Source: a virus
Taxonomy: Duplodnaviria; Heunggongvirae; Uroviricota; Caudoviricetes
Virus record (IMG/VR): IMGVR_UViG_3300009174_000004
Location: 31,778-95,777 of that record
DNA length: 64,000 nucleotides
Reading direction: 5' to 3' (one strand)
Shown here: one piece after another, positions 32,531 to 41,138 of the stretch
How the letters are laid out: each line of letters begins with the position of its first letter
Position numbering within the stretch: position 1 is the stretch's first letter
Made by a program: the position numbers and the translations under genes
The notes under the pieces: model-generated
What the model was told of the DNA's origin: nothing
The model's input: only the letters and a program-made list of their open reading frames with translations
Database searches by the model: none

Positions 32531-34222
32531 ATGGAATTCGAGATCCCCGAGGCTTCCAGCCTTCCTCGGTTCACGGTCGCGGCTCTTCGTGACCTGGGCC
32601 TTGAGGCCGCCGCCACCTATGACGCTATCCGCGAGACCCTGACCCCCGAATCAGCCACCGACGAAGACCTAGACGACCTCGAAGACCTGTCGGCCTTCAT
32701 GGTCCTGTGCGACGACGAACTGTCCAAGCGCCGCGATCGTGCCGGCCGCTTCAACGCCCTCCCAACGGCCATGGCCGACGAGGACGAGGAAGACGACAAC
32801 GCCGACGAGGAAGACGCAGAAGACGCAGAGGCCTCGATGGCTCCTGCCCCTGCCGCCAAGGGCAAGAGGTCGAGCACTAGCTACGCCGCTGATGTTTCCC
32901 GGCTTCCTTCGGTGAGCGACATCGCCGCTTCTGGCAACCAGGTCCTTGAGGGTGAGGTCGTCACCGACGAGGACAACAGGCCACAGTTCCGCATCCTGGC
33001 GGCTGCCGACACCGGCTTCTCGGCCGGACAGGAACTGGACGGCTGGCTGGACGTGGCCAAGGCCTTCGTCGCCCGGTCGCGCACCCACGGTGGTGGCACC
33101 GCCCAGCAGAGCACCGTCGCCACGATTCGTCGCGAGTTCGGCAGCGACTTCTCCGTCAGCGACGGCGACGACGACGTCACGATCATGCAGAAGATCGACT
33201 TCGCTCGGGACGAGAAGCGTCTCCCCGGCGGGTCCCTGCTCGCTGGTGTTGGCTGGTGTGCCCCGTCCGAGACGATCTACACCACCTGCAACCAGATCAC
33301 GACCGACGGTCTGCTGTCCTTGCCTGAGATCGGCGCCCGTCGTGGCGGCATCCGGCACAACCAGGGCATCCAGTTCGACACGATCTTCGGCTCGGGTACC
33401 GGCTTCAACATCCTGACTGAGGCCCAGGTCATCTCCGACACCACCAAGACCTGTGTCGCCATCCCATGTCCAGCGTTCGTGGACGACCGGCTCAAGGTCG
33501 CGGCCCTGTGCCTCACCGGCGACATCCTGCAGAACCGGGGCTACCCCGAGTTCGTCAGCGAGTTCGTCCAGGGCGCCATCGCTGCCCAGGCCCACAACGT
33601 CAACCGTCAGATCATCGCTGACATCGTCACCGACTCCACCGCCGTCGACCTGACTGCCTGCGCTCCGTGGAACGTGGATCTATCGGTCGTGTCCCAGGTC
33701 ATGTCGGCCGTGGAAGTTGCCACCGTCGACATCCAGTACCGGCTGCGTCTGCAGCGGGACCAGACCCTGGAGGTCGTGTTCCCGTACTGGCTCAAGGCTC
33801 AGATGCGGGCTGACTGGATCCGGCGCAACGGCCCCATGGACCCCGACCTGGCCGACAGCCAGATCGAGGCGCTCCTGCGGACCAGGCACGCTCGGCCACA
33901 GTGGATCTACGACTGGCAGGACTCCTTCACCAGCACCGGCGTTTCCGGTGGTCCATTCCCCGGCTCGGACGTTCCGATCTGTGCCCTGCCCACTCAGGTC
34001 AAGTTCCTGATCTACCCGGCCGGCACCTGGGTCGTGGCTCGCCAGGACGTCATCCGGCTCGACACCATCTACGACAGCGTCAACATCACCACCAACAAGG
34101 TGACTCAACTCTTCCTCGAAGATGGCTTCCGAGCTATGAGGTTCTGCCCCGTCTCCAGGGTCTACACGATCAACATCTGCTCAAGCGGTAGCACCGGTGT
34201 GCAGCGGGTCGTGACCTGCTAA
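32531..34222 (+). CDS. putative major capsid protein (HK97-like) with an acidic scaffold/delta-like N-terminal region
   Basis: Position after the protease/scaffold gene. The N-terminal ~120 aa are highly acidic (DEDLDDLEDL...DEDEEDDNADEEDAEDAEA). The remainder is globular (…GIRHNQGIQFDTIFGSGTGFNILTEAQVISDTTKTC…). Start chosen at the Met with GAGAGG 12 nt upstream; the ORF track begins at 32513. Confidence 0.45.
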   Translation: MEFEIPEASSLPRFTVAALRDLGLEAAATYDAIRETLTPESATDEDLDDLEDLSAFMVLCDDELSKRRDRAGRFNALPTAMADEDEEDDNADEEDAEDAEASMAPAPAAKGKRSSTSYAADVSRLPSVSDIAASGNQVLEGEVVTDEDNRPQFRILAAADTGFSAGQELDGWLDVAKAFVARSRTHGGGTAQQSTVATIRREFGSDFSVSDGDDDVTIMQKIDFARDEKRLPGGSLLAGVGWCAPSETIYTTCNQITTDGLLSLPEIGARRGGIRHNQGIQFDTIFGSGTGFNILTEAQVISDTTKTCVAIPCPAFVDDRLKVAALCLTGDILQNRGYPEFVSEFVQGAIAAQAHNVNRQIIADIVTDSTAVDLTACAPWNVDLSVVSQVMSAVEVATVDIQYRLRLQRDQTLEVVFPYWLKAQMRADWIRRNGPMDPDLADSQIEALLRTRHARPQWIYDWQDSFTSTGVSGGPFPGSDVPICALPTQVKFLIYPAGTWVVARQDVIRLDTIYDSVNITTNKVTQLFLEDGFRAMRFCPVSRVYTINICSSGSTGVQRVVTC

Positions 34223-34282
34223 CAGGCATGAGGGGGCTGGGCCAACCGGTCCAGCCCCTCGCTACCTGAGGGAGGTGGGTTC

Positions 34283-35128
34283 ATGGCGAGCTTGACGGGA
34301 CCGGTTTATGTACCGGCTCCCAATCCGCTCCTGCCCCGGTACGGCCTCTTCCAGGTCGCCACGGGGCCACTGGACCTTCCCATCAATGCCCGCACGGGTG
34401 GCCTCCAGTACGAGATCTCGACCTGCGTTCTCCCCAAGGAGTACGAGGTCGAGTGCCAGGAAACCCACAACAGCAAGGTCATCAACAGCGGCGTCACGAC
34501 TGTTACGGGCGCCCCCTTCATCGTCTATTCAGCGATCCAGTGCGACACCGTGGGTCTGGTCAACTGGGGCCAGGAACGGGTGCAGAAGTTCCTCTACGAC
34601 CAGCTTGTTGCGGGCGAGCAGGCCACCGTCGAGAGCATCTTCTCCCAGGGCCTGGTGGCGCAGACACCCAGCTTGCAAGGCGCCACGAATCTAGGCACAG
34701 CCGTGGGTCCGGTGCATGCCATAGCCAAGCTGGAGTCCTGGCTCTATGCCAGATATGGCCTTAAGGGCGTCATCCATGCTCCTGTCTTCGCTGCGCCGTA
34801 TCTGAGTGGCTCGCATGCCATCGACCGCGAAGGTCCGTACGGCAGCGAGGAGTGGTACACGGACATGCGCACCTGCGTGTCCCTGGGTAACTACGCCAAC
34901 ATCGGGCCCACGGGTAGTGCTGCTGCCGCCGGAGAGGCCTGGATCTACATCACCGGTGCGGTGGCTATCTGGCGCACACCGGACAACGACCTCTTCGTCC
35001 CTCCCATGGGCCAGGTCATCAACCGGACCACGAACGTCCTGACCATCGTCATGGAGCGCGAGTACATCGTGACCTACGACTGTTTCGCTGCTGCCGTACT
35101 AACAACCTTGAGTACAACGGATCGATAA
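34283..35128 (+). CDS. capsid-associated structural protein (possible second HK97-fold paralog or decoration protein)
   Basis: Synteny. C-terminus ...GEAWIYITGAVAIWRT...NRTTNVLTIVMEREYIVTYD resembles the P-domain end of capsid proteins. Confidence 0.35.
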   Translation: MASLTGPVYVPAPNPLLPRYGLFQVATGPLDLPINARTGGLQYEISTCVLPKEYEVECQETHNSKVINSGVTTVTGAPFIVYSAIQCDTVGLVNWGQERVQKFLYDQLVAGEQATVESIFSQGLVAQTPSLQGATNLGTAVGPVHAIAKLESWLYARYGLKGVIHAPVFAAPYLSGSHAIDREGPYGSEEWYTDMRTCVSLGNYANIGPTGSAAAAGEAWIYITGAVAIWRTPDNDLFVPPMGQVINRTTNVLTIVMEREYIVTYDCFAAAVLTTLSTTDR

Positions 35129-35425
35129 ATGCCACTGATGCGCAACTACACGGAGATCATCGTTGAGGAAGGGCTCCTTCCTCAGATCGTCCGTGAGCTT
35201 GTGGACATGGCTATCGACCAGAACCACGTCGAGGTGACCTACGGAGTGGCAGGACGGGTGATCTTGGTTCATCCCGACCTGGCGGAGAAGTGGTACCAGG
35301 AGAAAGTTGCTCAAGCAGAAGACCCGCAAGATGTGCCTATTCCGGTTCCTGTCGTAAGGGAGCCAGGACAACCGAGGAACATCGCAGCCTCCGCTTCGAA
35401 TGGCGAGGAGCCCCCCGATGACTAG
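35129..35425 (+). CDS. hypothetical virion/head-tail protein (98 aa)
   Basis: ORF track and position in the structural operon. Confidence 0.4.
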   Translation: MPLMRNYTEIIVEEGLLPQIVRELVDMAIDQNHVEVTYGVAGRVILVHPDLAEKWYQEKVAQAEDPQDVPIPVPVVREPGQPRNIAASASNGEEPPDD

Positions 35426-36113
35426 CACCTGTTTCACCCCGTTCAAGATTCCTCGGATCCGCGTCACCAAGCTGAACTCCTGCGGCCAGGTGGTGACGGG
35501 CTCCTGCTCACAGGTTGTGTCCGACGGAATCATTTCCATCGAGATGACGAAGAACTACGAGGACCGGGAAGAGTTCTTCGTCAAGAACGGTGACGGTCAG
35601 TTCTGCGTGCGTGAGACCAACGCTCCGCAGTTGAAGTGGATCGACCTCGTCATCACGATGTGTAACGTCGACCCAGATATCGTCAACCTTGTTGCTGCAG
35701 AACCTTTGTACACAGACGACTCTGCTGCCGCAGTAAAGATCGGTTGGTCCACCACCGAAGGCTCAACGGCCAACGTGAACTTCGCCCTCGAAGGGTGGAC
35801 TCGACTATCTGGCTCTGGGGTCGCGTGTACTGGTGGCACGCAGTACGGATATGTCCTTTTCCCATGGGTCGTGGAGGGCACCATCGGTGACATGACCCTG
35901 GAAAACGGCGTCGCCAACTTCGTGGTCAACGCCCGCACCCACAGCAGTTCGCTCTGGGGCGTCGGTCCGTACAACGTTGACCTATCAGATGCTGCTGGCA
36001 CACTGAACAACCCGATCCCGATGCTCACGCCGATCCTGAGCACCCAGCATCACCGCATGTTCATCACCCGGCTGGCACCACCAGCGGCTGCTTGTGGCTG
36101 TGCAGCGGTGTAA
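35418..36113 (+). CDS. hypothetical head-tail connector/neck protein
   Basis: Start chosen at the ATG with GAGGAG 8 nt upstream. Synteny. Confidence 0.4.
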   Translation: MTSTCFTPFKIPRIRVTKLNSCGQVVTGSCSQVVSDGIISIEMTKNYEDREEFFVKNGDGQFCVRETNAPQLKWIDLVITMCNVDPDIVNLVAAEPLYTDDSAAAVKIGWSTTEGSTANVNFALEGWTRLSGSGVACTGGTQYGYVLFPWVVEGTIGDMTLENGVANFVVNARTHSSSLWGVGPYNVDLSDAAGTLNNPIPMLTPILSTQHHRMFITRLAPPAAACGCAAV

Positions 36114-36196
36114 TTGATACAGCAAGCATCAGCCACTAGTTGCTTGTACAAGCAAATAAACTTGGTCAATGCTTCGAGACCGGGAGGGGGCCCAGA

Positions 36197-36997
36197 ATGA
36201 CCATCAGTTCTGGGCCCTGCACCTGGCCCGACCTGACACAAATCTGCTGCTCAGAAGACTGGGCAACGTTCAGTCCCGCCGTCACTGGCGCAGCCGTAAA
36301 CTACGCCACGGCCTTCGTTTGGATGGCCACGGGCAGGCAGTTCGGTCTCTGTGAGTTGACCGTGCGTCCCTGCGGTCGCTTCTGCCAGGACTGCCCCTCG
36401 GGCTGGTTCTACGACGGGTACGGGTCATTCCAGCCGTACACCTTCAACGGGCAGTGGAAGAACTGCTGGTGTGGCCAGGACTCCGGCTGCTGCACCTGCG
36501 ATCCCGCGTGCCAGGTGTACCTACCTGGCCCGGTGAACTCTATTGTGCGAGTAACTGTTGATGGCGCAACTTTACCGGCAACAGGAAGTTACTTCGTCCT
36601 AGACCAGATGTGGCTAGTCCGAACCGACACCACGGCGTGCTGGCCGACGTGCTCGGACCAGAGCCTGTACCCGGGTGATCCCAATGCGTTCGAGGTCACG
36701 TACCTGCGTGGTCGCGAGGTGCCACTTGCGCTTGCGCAAGCAACTAGTGGCCTTGCCTGTGAGTTTGCGCGAGCGTGCCTGGGGTTGCCCTGTCGCCTGC
36801 CGAGCAGGATCACCTCCCTGTCGCGACAGGGAGTAACGGTCTCCTTCGCCGACATCTCCGATGTACTGAAGAACGGCCTTAGCGGGCTCTGGGAATTGGA
36901 CCAGTTGATCATGGCCTATAACCCCTACGGGATCAAGGGCCAGACTCGGATGTACTCGCCGGATCTGCAGGTACCGCGCCAAGTCACCTGGCCGTAG
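36197..36997 (+). CDS. Cys-rich structural protein (about 20 Cys; CxC and CC motifs)
   Basis: Translation contains CGRFCQDCPSGW...NCWCGQDSGCCTCDPACQVY. RBS GGGAGGGGG upstream of the ATG at 36197. Confidence 0.45.
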   Translation: MTISSGPCTWPDLTQICCSEDWATFSPAVTGAAVNYATAFVWMATGRQFGLCELTVRPCGRFCQDCPSGWFYDGYGSFQPYTFNGQWKNCWCGQDSGCCTCDPACQVYLPGPVNSIVRVTVDGATLPATGSYFVLDQMWLVRTDTTACWPTCSDQSLYPGDPNAFEVTYLRGREVPLALAQATSGLACEFARACLGLPCRLPSRITSLSRQGVTVSFADISDVLKNGLSGLWELDQLIMAYNPYGIKGQTRMYSPDLQVPRQVTWP

Positions 36998-37005
36998 GTG
37001 AACCC

Positions 37006-37548
37006 ATGACCGGTCCCATCGTCAGGCTCAACGACATCGCCACCCTGCTGCTCAGTTGCCTGTGCGAGGCAGTCAGCGGCAATGCGAACCCGCCCCTGAA
37101 CTGCTGCCTGCGCGTGGGTGACCAGGTAACCCACGACGTGGACATCACCACCGACCTCTGCTGCGAGGGCCTGGCCTACGTCAGCGTGGGTGACATCTTC
37201 CCGGTCGTGGACAGCTTCCCCGAGCAGAGCATCGTGTCCCAGGCCAACCAAAAGTGCTCCTTCCCGTCCTGGGCCGTGAACCTCAAGATGGGCATTATCC
37301 GATGTGCCCCACTTGGTACCAATACCATGATGCCCACGTGCGCCGACTGGACCGAGGCAGCGTTCCAGAACCTGGTGGACGCCCAGTCATTGGCCACTGC
37401 CGCCTGCTGCTTCAAGGAGAACTGGCTAGTCCTGGAGCCTGGATTCAACGTCGTCATTGGCGTGAACAACACGGCCACGCCCAACGGTGGCTGCATGGAG
37501 CGCTCGATCTCGCTCATTGCCCAGGCCGCTGCCTGTCCGGAGTGCTAA
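37006..37548 (+). CDS. Cys-rich structural protein (180 aa)
   Basis: Translation contains LLSCLCEAVSG...NCCLRVGD...DLCCEGLAY...AACCFKENW...AAACPEC. Confidence 0.45.
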   Translation: MTGPIVRLNDIATLLLSCLCEAVSGNANPPLNCCLRVGDQVTHDVDITTDLCCEGLAYVSVGDIFPVVDSFPEQSIVSQANQKCSFPSWAVNLKMGIIRCAPLGTNTMMPTCADWTEAAFQNLVDAQSLATAACCFKENWLVLEPGFNVVIGVNNTATPNGGCMERSISLIAQAAACPEC

Positions 37549-38034
37549 ATGGCGGCGGATGTTCGCATCTTTCATGCTCGCCTAGCGTTCCAGACCAACC
37601 GCATGGCGAGTCGGTTCGTCAATCGGGTCTTGAACGAGATGCTGGCCGAGTCCAAGGTCATTGCCGCCGTGGGTCCCTATACCAGGGGAAACCTCGCGCG
37701 AAGCCTCCGCAAGATAGGTCCCAATGCGGTCGGCACCCTCATCGAGGGCCAAATCACCACCCACCTGTCCTACGCCAAGGCGGTGGAATCAGGTGCCAAG
37801 ATCCACAACATCTTCCCCAGGGGAGCACCTCACGTCTACCGGTTCGGAAAGGTACGACGCCCCGCCCTCAAGTTCGAGTGGCACGGACGCACGGTCTACG
37901 CCAACCAAATCCCCATGGCGATAAGCACGATAGGCATATCCCATCCCGGCCAGAAGGCGAAGCATTACCTCCTCACGCCACTCAAGCACGCTGCCGTCCG
38001 CCACAGGCTCAAGATTGTCGTCTACGAGACGTAA
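37549..38034 (+). CDS. candidate major tail (tube) protein (161 aa)
   Basis: Position immediately upstream of the chaperone pair and tape measure. Size is compatible with small siphovirus tube proteins. Confidence 0.35.
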   Translation: MAADVRIFHARLAFQTNRMASRFVNRVLNEMLAESKVIAAVGPYTRGNLARSLRKIGPNAVGTLIEGQITTHLSYAKAVESGAKIHNIFPRGAPHVYRFGKVRRPALKFEWHGRTVYANQIPMAISTIGISHPGQKAKHYLLTPLKHAAVRHRLKIVVYET

Positions 38035-38052
38035 TGCGTCTAGTATCTCGGC

Positions 38053-38403
38053 ATGACTAACCCAGACCCTGGACGAGAGACCCGCATCGTTCCCGTACAA
38101 GGACGAAACATCGTCATCAGGCAACTGATTGACGCCCAGATGATGCTGCTCAACCGTGGCGCTCGGCTACTGCAGCGTGATGACGTCGACAGAGCCAGCA
38201 AGTTAGCCACGGTGGACCGCATGTTCACCATCCTGGAATCCGTGGTTGTGCAGCCCGAGGATAAAGAGTTCCTGGAGGACCTCATGGCCGAGGGCACGCT
38301 GAGCCTCAGCGACCTGATGAGCTTCATCAGCGCCTTCAATGAGGACCAGCCGGACGAGAAGCCAAAGGTCCGTCGTGGCCGTCCGGCGATCAAGCGCAGC
38401 TAG
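38053..38403 (+). CDS. tail assembly chaperone (G-like)
   Basis: Small acidic protein directly upstream of the tape-measure-like gene. A frame-overlapping partner ORF follows. Confidence 0.5.
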   Translation: MTNPDPGRETRIVPVQGRNIVIRQLIDAQMMLLNRGARLLQRDDVDRASKLATVDRMFTILESVVVQPEDKEFLEDLMAEGTLSLSDLMSFISAFNEDQPDEKPKVRRGRPAIKRS

Positions 38404-38977
38404 ATCGTCTGTTCCATCCGCCGAAGAGGGCAGGGTCCAGGTCCCGAGGCTGAACACGGACCCAGTGTGGTCCTTGCGGCCATGGCCTATCGAGATTGAG
38501 GTAGCCGGGACGGCTATTGAAGTGCCTCCCATGTGCGCCACGGATTGGCTCTGCTATCTGATGCAAGCCGAACCCGATATCGACACTCTCATCAGCGAGA
38601 TAGTTCCCGATCTTGAAGATCTGGTTTACGACGGGGCCATCCGCCTTGACCAGGTCTACGACGTCGTGATGGAAATCATCTCGTGTGCAGCAGCACGCCC
38701 CTGGTGGGTGAGCCTGCGCCTCATCTCCGTCGCCAGGTACCAGTGGGACATCCTCGGGCCCGAGCTTCTAGCACGTGGGGCCGATCCCAATACCCAGTCC
38801 CTGTCGGGCTGGCTCGACGTGCTCCTGGTGACCATCCTCGGCGCCATGGATCCGAAGAAGACCACCATGTTCCTCATGCAGCTAGAGGCAGTTCCTGACA
38901 CGGTGAAGGACCCTGGCAAGGACGTCTTCGACGAGATGGAAATGGATACGGGTGCCTTCCTTTCTCTGGGCGGTTAG
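38339..38977 (+). CDS. tail assembly chaperone extension (GT-like) in the +1 frame relative to 38053..38403; probable programmed frameshift product
   Basis: 65-nt overlap with the upstream gene in a different frame. The downstream part is protein-like. Classic position upstream of the tape measure. Confidence 0.4.
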   Translation: MRTSRTRSQRSVVAVRRSSAARSSVPSAEEGRVQVPRLNTDPVWSLRPWPIEIEVAGTAIEVPPMCATDWLCYLMQAEPDIDTLISEIVPDLEDLVYDGAIRLDQVYDVVMEIISCAAARPWWVSLRLISVARYQWDILGPELLARGADPNTQSLSGWLDVLLVTILGAMDPKKTTMFLMQLEAVPDTVKDPGKDVFDEMEMDTGAFLSLGG

Positions 38978-39046
38978 TTACACTGATCACCAGCGTCGCT
39001 TAGCCTTGCTCGCGCGCATCACTGGGTACCGAGAGGTGGTGTTGTC

Positions 39047-41128
39047 GTGAGTGCGCCCATTGGCGAGGTCCGGGTTGAAGTCCGTGGCGACACCTCCAAG
39101 GTCGATCCTGACATCGAAAAGGGCCTCCGGGCCGCTGCCAACGACGCTGACCCTGAGCTAAAGCGAATCGGCAAGGACTTCGGCGACACCATCAGCAACT
39201 CGATGGAAAAGGAGATCGAGAAGCACGGGCCCTCCTTCGTCCATGCCGTCGAGAAAGGCACATCGAGGAACCCGGCCAACATCGACTGGAACCTTGACAC
39301 CGACCGCAACACCGTCCAGAGGGAAGTAGCCAGTCTCGGACGAAGCATCGAGCGCGAGGTCAAGGCCCTCAGTAGCGGTGGTAACGGTAAGGGTCCCTTT
39401 GGTCTCATCGGTGCAGCCATCGCCGACGCTGTCGGCGCCGGCTTCAACATCTCAGGCAAATCACCCCTGATCTTGGCCCTAGTGCCGCTGTTCGGCTTCA
39501 TCGCCGAGCTAGTGATCGGCCTGGTCCAGGCCATCAATGCACTGTCGGCTGCCCTGTTCGTGGTGCCGAGCCTTATCGGCGCCATCATCCTGCAGGTGGG
39601 CGTCCTTTATGTCGCCTTCCAGGGTCTTGGAACTGCCATCCAGGGCGCTTTTGCAGCCAAGAATGCCGACGAACTGAAGAAGGCTCTGGAGGGGCTGACT
39701 CCCGCTGCACAGGAGTTCGTCAAGACCCTGCTGCCCCTGAGGGACGCCTTCAAGGCCATTCGTGACATCGTCCAGGAGCAGTTCTTCGAGCAGTTCGGCA
39801 ACTCGATCACCGTCCTAACGAAGAGGCTGATCCCGTTCCTTGACGCCAACCTGGGCACCGTGGCGGCAGCGCTCGGCAGCTTGGCCCGGACCATCGTCAC
39901 CTTCTTCGGTGACCCAGCGTTTACCCAGTTCTTAGGCACCCTCATTCCAGCCACGATCAACTGGATCAGGGAGCTTGAACCGGCCCTGTCGAAGTTCCTC
40001 TTCGGCCTGGCCTCCATCGGCACTGCCGTCACACCGTTCCTGGAGTGGGTCGGCACATCGTTGACCTCCAGCCTCGCCACCCTGGGTGACTGGCTCACCA
40101 AGCTCTCGTCGGACCCGGAGTTCCTGAAGTGGCTCGACGACATGAAGACGACCTTCAACGACCTGGGCAAGGTCATTGACTCCGTCGCCTTCTTCCTGTT
40201 CGCCTTGACCCGCGCCGTGGACCGAGCAGGTGGCAACAAGGTCCTGGAGGACATCGCCAACCAGTTGAACGCGGTTGCTGTGTTCTTGAGCACGGACATC
40301 GGAACCAAGGCCATTGAGGGTCTTATTCACGTCGTCGAGTTCCTGGCCTTCTCCTTCGCGTTCTTGGTGCTCGGCGTCCTAGCCCTGCTTGCGGCATTCG
40401 AGTTGGTCCTTGAGTTTCTGCGTCACGGGCTCTGGCCTTGGTTGACGGACTTCATCACCAACACCATCCCGGAGTTCTTTGAGTCCGTGGGCAAGGCCAT
40501 CATGGGCTTCTTCACCACGGTGGGCGAAGTCGTCAGTACCTACGTGAAGGGTTTGGGCCAGGCGTTCCTTGACCTAGGCGCCTTCATCTTGGAGTCCCTG
40601 TTCAACATCACCGGCTGGATCGTCACCCACGTCGCGCACTGGATCGATGTTGTCATCGACTTCTTCTCCAGTCTGCCCGGGAAAATCTGGGACGCCCTGG
40701 GGGATGTTGGAAACTTCCTCTTCGACGCTGGCAAGAAGCTGATCCAAGGCCTCATTGACGGTGTCATCTCCATGTACGACGCCCTGGGTCGAGCCGCACA
40801 CAATGCCGCTGCCGTCTTCCTGCAGTACTGGCCACTGTCCCCCGCCGAGGAAGGTCCTCTGTCCGGTAAGGGTGACCCGATGTACGCGGGCCAGAAGCTC
40901 ATTGACCGTCTGGTTACCGGTATGGAGATGGAGCAGCCGGCGCTGGCTGCAGCCACGAACAACATGGCCAGCACCGTGGTCTTCGGACCCAACTCGGTAC
41001 AAGCAACCTTCAATGGGCAGCTACCCACTAACAGTCAGGCCACGGCCCTTGGTGGAGCGCTGGGTGGAGGAATTGCGGGCCGACTAGCAGTACGTGATAC
41101 GCGCCTCGCCGTCAGATCCATGGCCTAA
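39047..41128 (+). CDS. tape measure-like protein (693 aa)
   Basis: Long central hydrophobic/TM-like stretches (PLILALVPLFGFIAELVIGLVQAINALSAALFVVPSLIGAIIL...), an alpha-helical N-terminus and a Gly-rich C-terminus. Position after the chaperone pair. Confidence 0.5.
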   Translation: MSAPIGEVRVEVRGDTSKVDPDIEKGLRAAANDADPELKRIGKDFGDTISNSMEKEIEKHGPSFVHAVEKGTSRNPANIDWNLDTDRNTVQREVASLGRSIEREVKALSSGGNGKGPFGLIGAAIADAVGAGFNISGKSPLILALVPLFGFIAELVIGLVQAINALSAALFVVPSLIGAIILQVGVLYVAFQGLGTAIQGAFAAKNADELKKALEGLTPAAQEFVKTLLPLRDAFKAIRDIVQEQFFEQFGNSITVLTKRLIPFLDANLGTVAAALGSLARTIVTFFGDPAFTQFLGTLIPATINWIRELEPALSKFLFGLASIGTAVTPFLEWVGTSLTSSLATLGDWLTKLSSDPEFLKWLDDMKTTFNDLGKVIDSVAFFLFALTRAVDRAGGNKVLEDIANQLNAVAVFLSTDIGTKAIEGLIHVVEFLAFSFAFLVLGVLALLAAFELVLEFLRHGLWPWLTDFITNTIPEFFESVGKAIMGFFTTVGEVVSTYVKGLGQAFLDLGAFILESLFNITGWIVTHVAHWIDVVIDFFSSLPGKIWDALGDVGNFLFDAGKKLIQGLIDGVISMYDALGRAAHNAAAVFLQYWPLSPAEEGPLSGKGDPMYAGQKLIDRLVTGMEMEQPALAAATNNMASTVVFGPNSVQATFNGQLPTNSQATALGGALGGGIAGRLAVRDTRLAVRSMA

Positions 41129-41138
41129 GGAGCAGTAG

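Noticed and set aside
32669-33595. 308-aa minus-strand ORF inside the capsid gene
   Set aside because: Antisense artifact with low-complexity Gly/Val/Asp/Ala composition. The sense frame has an RBS and coherent protein features.
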